The notes under the pieces: generated by a model
Told to the model about the DNA's origin: nothing
The model's input: the letters and a program-made list of their open reading frames with translations, nothing else
Databases searched by the model: none
Shown here: positions 59,966 through 64,000 of the stretch, piece after piece
Numbering within the stretch: the stretch's first letter is position 1
Layout of the letters: each line of letters begins with the position of its first letter
Source: Moniliella sp. 'wahieum'
Lineage: Eukaryota
NCBI GenBank assembly: GCA_003971905.1
Contig: RSEE01000038.1
Span: 124,001-188,000 of the forward strand
DNA: 64,000 nucleotides
Reading direction: 5' to 3'
Translations under genes and position numbers: made by a program

Positions 59966-61850
59966 ATGAGAGCCATATCTCGTCCGTTTTTCACGTCGAA
60001 TGTGCGTGCCGCGCTGGCACACACCCGGGTTCCGGCCCAGGCCTCAATTCGCCTGCTGAGCACCTCTCTTTCCCCTTGGAGCCCGGCGCTGTTCCGACTC
60101 GAAGCACAGCCCGAGAGCTCGCTTCGTACTCCCACGGGCCAATTGGCATTCGATCCACCTGTTGAGGTTCAGGATAAGGGCGAGAAGGAAGCGTGGGCCC
60201 TGGTCGGTCCTGCGACCGAAGGCGCAGGGGAGATTCGCTCCGCACTCACCCGCCTCCTTTTGGGGCGGACAAGCACAGGCCCGTTGGGAGTGAAAGTAAC
60301 CCACCCTTTTTTGCGTGGTACGGGCCAGGAAGCGACGCAGGCGGTGCAGCTCTGCACATTTTCAACCCGCCTCAGCGGTGCGGCCCAAGGGTTTGTGGAT
60401 TACTCGGTGCGCTACGGTGCGATTCGCGACGAGGATAAGTTGACGTTGTACGAGTCGCTGATGGAAGAGTTGGGGGTGGCTGTGGGCAATGTCGCGCATT
60501 CCCTGCTTCGGCCCGACCCGCTTTCTCCCCCGGGGATAGCACAGGCATGTTCAAGTGGCCCTCGGAGGCGGCCAAGCAGGCAGCGATTGAGCAAGCGGTT
60601 GCGGCAGACGAAAAAGTACGCGAAATGGGGGCATTGTTGTTCCTTGGCAAGGAACTGCTAGAGCGACCGTTGATCGCTCTGTCCAATGGCCAAACCCGGC
60701 GAGCTCGGATCCTGGCCGCGTTGCTCAAGGGCGGCAAAGTGGTCATTTTGGAAGAACCGTTCACGGGGTTGGATCCGCCCACCCGTGCCCAGGTGTCCGA
60801 ATTGCTTCAACATCTTCATCAGAAGCGCGACCCTCGGATCTTCCTTGTGCTCCGGCCCCAGGATTCGATCCCCGAGTTTATCACCCACCTCATCCGGATC
60901 GGGGACGATGGGCAAATTGTTCATGTGGGCCCCAAGGAAAAAGACCTTGGTCCTTCCTCCGCCCCCGGAGCGGAAAAGGGCGGGTACGAGCTGGTCAAGG
61001 CGCGTGCGTCGGTGCGCACGACCGAGCAAACAGATCCCGTGGTGCGGCTGGATCAAGTGACCATATCCTATCCCACCAAACAAGTCTTGACCAACGTCTC
61101 CTTTAGCCTTGAGCCAGGAAGTCACACCATCCTGGTGGGGGACAATGGCAGTGGGAAGACGACGTTGCTGGCGCTCTTGTTGGGGGACCACCCGCAATCC
61201 TATGCTTTGCCCGCCGAGCGTCTTACGCGCTGTTTGGCAAAGCGCGGGCCGACGCGGAGAATGCTACGGTCCGTTTGCGTACACGCGTGGGACACTTTAG
61301 TCCCGAACTGTTCAATGCCTTCCCGCGCCGCGCTGTGGCCCGGGGCGGGATGACGGTCGAACAGGCGATCGGGTCAGGATGGTGGGGGATTTTCGCGGCG
61401 CGAAGCTTGACGGAGCAACAGAGGGAACGCATCGAGGGACTATTGAGCTTGTTTTACGATGTGCTGCTCCCACGAACTGGCGATGTGCCCACCTCCGTCT
61501 CTCACTTGGCCCACACTGACTTTTCTGCACTTACGCCGGGCAGCCAGGCGGTGGTGCTGTTCCTGCGTGCGGTGGTGCACCAGCCGGAACTGTTGGTGTT
61601 GGATGAACCGTTTCAAGGCATGGACGCACGCCAGGTGGCACGGGTACGGGCGTATGTGCATGCCATGCGGCTTGGGCCGGGGGCAGACCCGTTCGCGGTT
61701 GGAACGTCAGAGGAGGCAAGACGCAAGATGCGCTGTGCCGCCAACGAACGGCTGTTGTCCTCGTCTCGCATTACGAGGCAGAGTGGGTTGCCTCGGCCGA
61801 CCGGCTGGTTCGGTTGCGTGATGGAGAGGTGGTGGAGTTGCTATGAATGA
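59966..61850 (+). CDS. Soluble twin-NBD ABC ATPase, ModF/YDR061W-like
   Basis: NBD1: LSNGQTRRARI and VVILEEPFTGLD. NBD2: GDNGSGKTT, VGHFSPEL, LTPGSQAVVLFLRAVVHQPELLVLDEPFQGMD. No TM segments; Arg/Ser-rich N-terminus. Confidence 0.88.
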
Positions 61851-62270
61851 GCAGGAGCGGCTGGACGATGTGCAGCCGTGTGCATGCGCAGAAGCGTGTA
61901 GGGATGTTGGTTGATTGGATCGCAGCGGGAGAGCGTGAGATGGCTTACAGAGGGTATTGGTTGGGCTGGGCAAATGTAAGAGGCGAGTGGATAGTTGTGA
62001 TATATGGCGCGTATACCGATGTGGATGCCAATACAGGGGAGTGCTGGCCAGAGGGGGGCAGACGGGGGACGCTGACTGTAACGAACGTTGAGCGACACAC
62101 CTTCGCTCAGCGGCTCAGCTCAGCACAGCCTGAATATGGGAGGCAGTGTAGAATACCGACCAGCGCTTGAGCTAGACGCTAGAACGCAGCACCTACTGTA
62201 GCCACGCCCCACCCCGAAGGGCCACAGGGGCAGTGTGCTGGCGCAGGCGGGGGTAGGGTTTGGCTCGGTT

Positions 62271-62320
62271 CAACTTGAACGTTCAATGTTCACGCGTGCA
62301 CGCGTTCACGCGTACGCGTG
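62271..62320. promoter_or_regulatory. Cluster of four ACGCGT (MCB-like) sites plus AACGTT upstream of the ISWI gene
   Basis: AACGTT 62278-62283; ACGCGT at 62292, 62300, 62308 and 62314. Confidence 0.5.
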
Positions 62321-62909
62321 GGCTCAGGCTCAGCAGCCAGCCGGCGTGCCTAGTGCCAGCGCAGTGGATCTGGGTCTGGTCTGGGGCAGCGGCGCAGTGC
62401 ATTGACCCTGTGCTCTCTGTACGCGCCACGCGTGTTCGTACGCCGCCCGACGGGCGTCTGGGGACGCGGCCACGAGGGCTGGCGGCAGGGGCGACAGGAG
62501 GGGGCGTCGGCGGGTTGGAGGAGCGGGCGGCCTGGAGCTCTGCGGTCCCAGGCGCCAAGGGAAGCTGGAGGCTGCAGGCGGGAGGAGGTGCCAGGCAGGC
62601 ACAGGCACAGGGGCAGTGCGCAGCCTGCAGGCGGGAGGCGGCAGGCGGAAGGGCTGCTCGTGTCTTGGAGGCGGGATCTAAGACCTGCGGGTCGGCCGCT
62701 GTGCTTTCTCTTTCTTTCTCCTGGGCGCCTGCGGGCTCTGGCCGGTGATGCAGATGCATGGATGCACCCGGCCTGCGTCCTGCCCCCCCGCGGCCGATCT
62801 GCCGTGGCAGAGCCTAACCAGCTGCCCAGCCGCCCCAGCCCGCCTCGTTTGTTCTTGCCACCACCACCACCACCACCACCACCACTACCCGCGCTCCCCG
62901 CCCCCCGCC

Positions 62910-64000
62910 ATGGCGCGACGCAACCCCCCCGCACACGCTCCGCCTCCCACACCTACCGCCCCACCACGGAGCCCGACCCACCCGACCCCCACCCCGTCTC
63001 CTCCCGACCCGTGCTGCCACCCGCACCTCCGCCCATCTCCTCCACCCGCCAACAACCCTCGGCCCCCGCCTCCGCCTCCGGCCCATCCACACGCGCGTCC
63101 GCCTCAGAGACCGCGTCTGCATCTGCCTCGGGGTCCACATCCGTCCCCCCTTCCCCCCGGAACGCGAAGCGTCGCCGGACGACTCGGATTCCGCTTCCAA
63201 TTCCGGTGCCGACACCGAGGCTGGGCCCCTCATTCTCCCCCCCCGCGACGCGAAGCGGATGCAGCAGCGCAAGGCTCGTCTCGCCGACTCGGTCAAACGG
63301 TTCGCTACCTGCTCGGGCAGACGACTGTTCCAGCACTTTATCGACATGAAAAAGTCCAAGGATCCTGCTTTTGCCGCTTTGCTTGAAAATGTCGCGTCAA
63401 CCCGCGGTGGTGGCGCACGCAAGTCGGCCCGCGGCGGACGTCGTCGGAGTGGCGTGGATGACGACGAAGGGTTGTTCGAGCAGGACGAAGATGACGCGTT
63501 TGTTTTTGAGCAGTCGCCTGGGTATGTGAAAGGAGGTCAGCTGCGCGCGTACCAGATTGACGGGTTGAATTGGATGATGTGAGTCCCTGTTCAGTTGCTT
63601 TTTTTTCCTCTTGAGAGATGACCTGCTAACCATGAAGCATTGTGCAGCTCGCTCTACCACCACGGCATCAATGGCATTCTCGCTGACGAGATGGGGTTGG
63701 GCAAGACGCTGCAAACGATCTCCTTTCTCGGTTACCTCAAGTACGTGTGCAACAAACCAGGCTTCCATCTCGTGGTCGTGCCCAAGTCAACGCTGAACAA
63801 CTGGCGACGCGAGTTTGACAAGTGGGTTCCCGGTTTCCAAACTGTCGTTCTCCAAGGGGACAAGGAAGAGCGACGGCAGATTTTGCGGGAGCGGGTACTG
63901 GCCGAAAAGTTTGATGTCCTGATTACGACGTATGAGATGTGCCTTAAGGAGAAGGGTTCGCTCCTGCGCCTGTCGTGGGAGTACATTGTGATTGACGAGG
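62910..64000 (+). CDS. ISWI-family chromatin-remodelling ATPase (N-terminal part; runs off the window end)
   Basis: [117 protein letters not shown]; intron 63579-63647. Confidence 0.95.

Noticed and set aside
1..64000. Mass pseudogenisation or programmed frameshifting (nearly every gene is broken into several ORFs)
   Set aside because: Breaks affect essential genes (CCT4, RPS1, ADE13, tubulin) whose residues are otherwise well conserved. They are mostly 1-nt losses in short runs or collapsed tandem codons (for example CK1 VGK[K]IG and GEK[K]QT), typical of unpolished long-read assembly.

Overview
Eukaryotic (fungal) genomic DNA, GC-rich and intron-poor. The alpha-tubulin sequence and gene structures suggest a basidiomycete, probably Ustilaginomycotina-like (inference). 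About 16 recognisable or well-formed genes, in order: TRK K+ transporter (partial), alpha-tubulin, YAT-family amino-acid permease, a mitochondrial-targeted protein, RPS1/eS1, CCT4, ADE13, DHA1 MFS transporter, GRR1-like F-box/LRR protein, Nam8/Ngr1-family RRM protein, an unknown coiled-coil protein, a histidine acid phosphatase/phytase, casein kinase I, a Skt5/Chs4-like Sel1 protein, an unknown membrane-anchored protein, a ModF/YDR061W-like ABC ATPase and an ISWI ATPase (partial). Nearly all genes, including essential ones, carry small indels, best explained by uncorrected long-read errors, so gene ends are approximate. The most unusual signal is non-coding. Most intergenic or upstream regions carry arrays of A-NNNN-T palindromic hexamers (ACGCGT, AACGTT, ACTAGT, ATCGAT, AGGCCT, AAGCTT, ATGCAT, ACCGGT, ACATGT, AGCGCT, AGTACT, AGATCT) separated by one base on a 7-bp register, and the core can switch within an array. 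A second notable feature is a head-to-head inverted duplication of an orphan gene at about 51.0-53.4 kb. No tRNA, rRNA, CRISPR array or recognisable transposase was found by eye.
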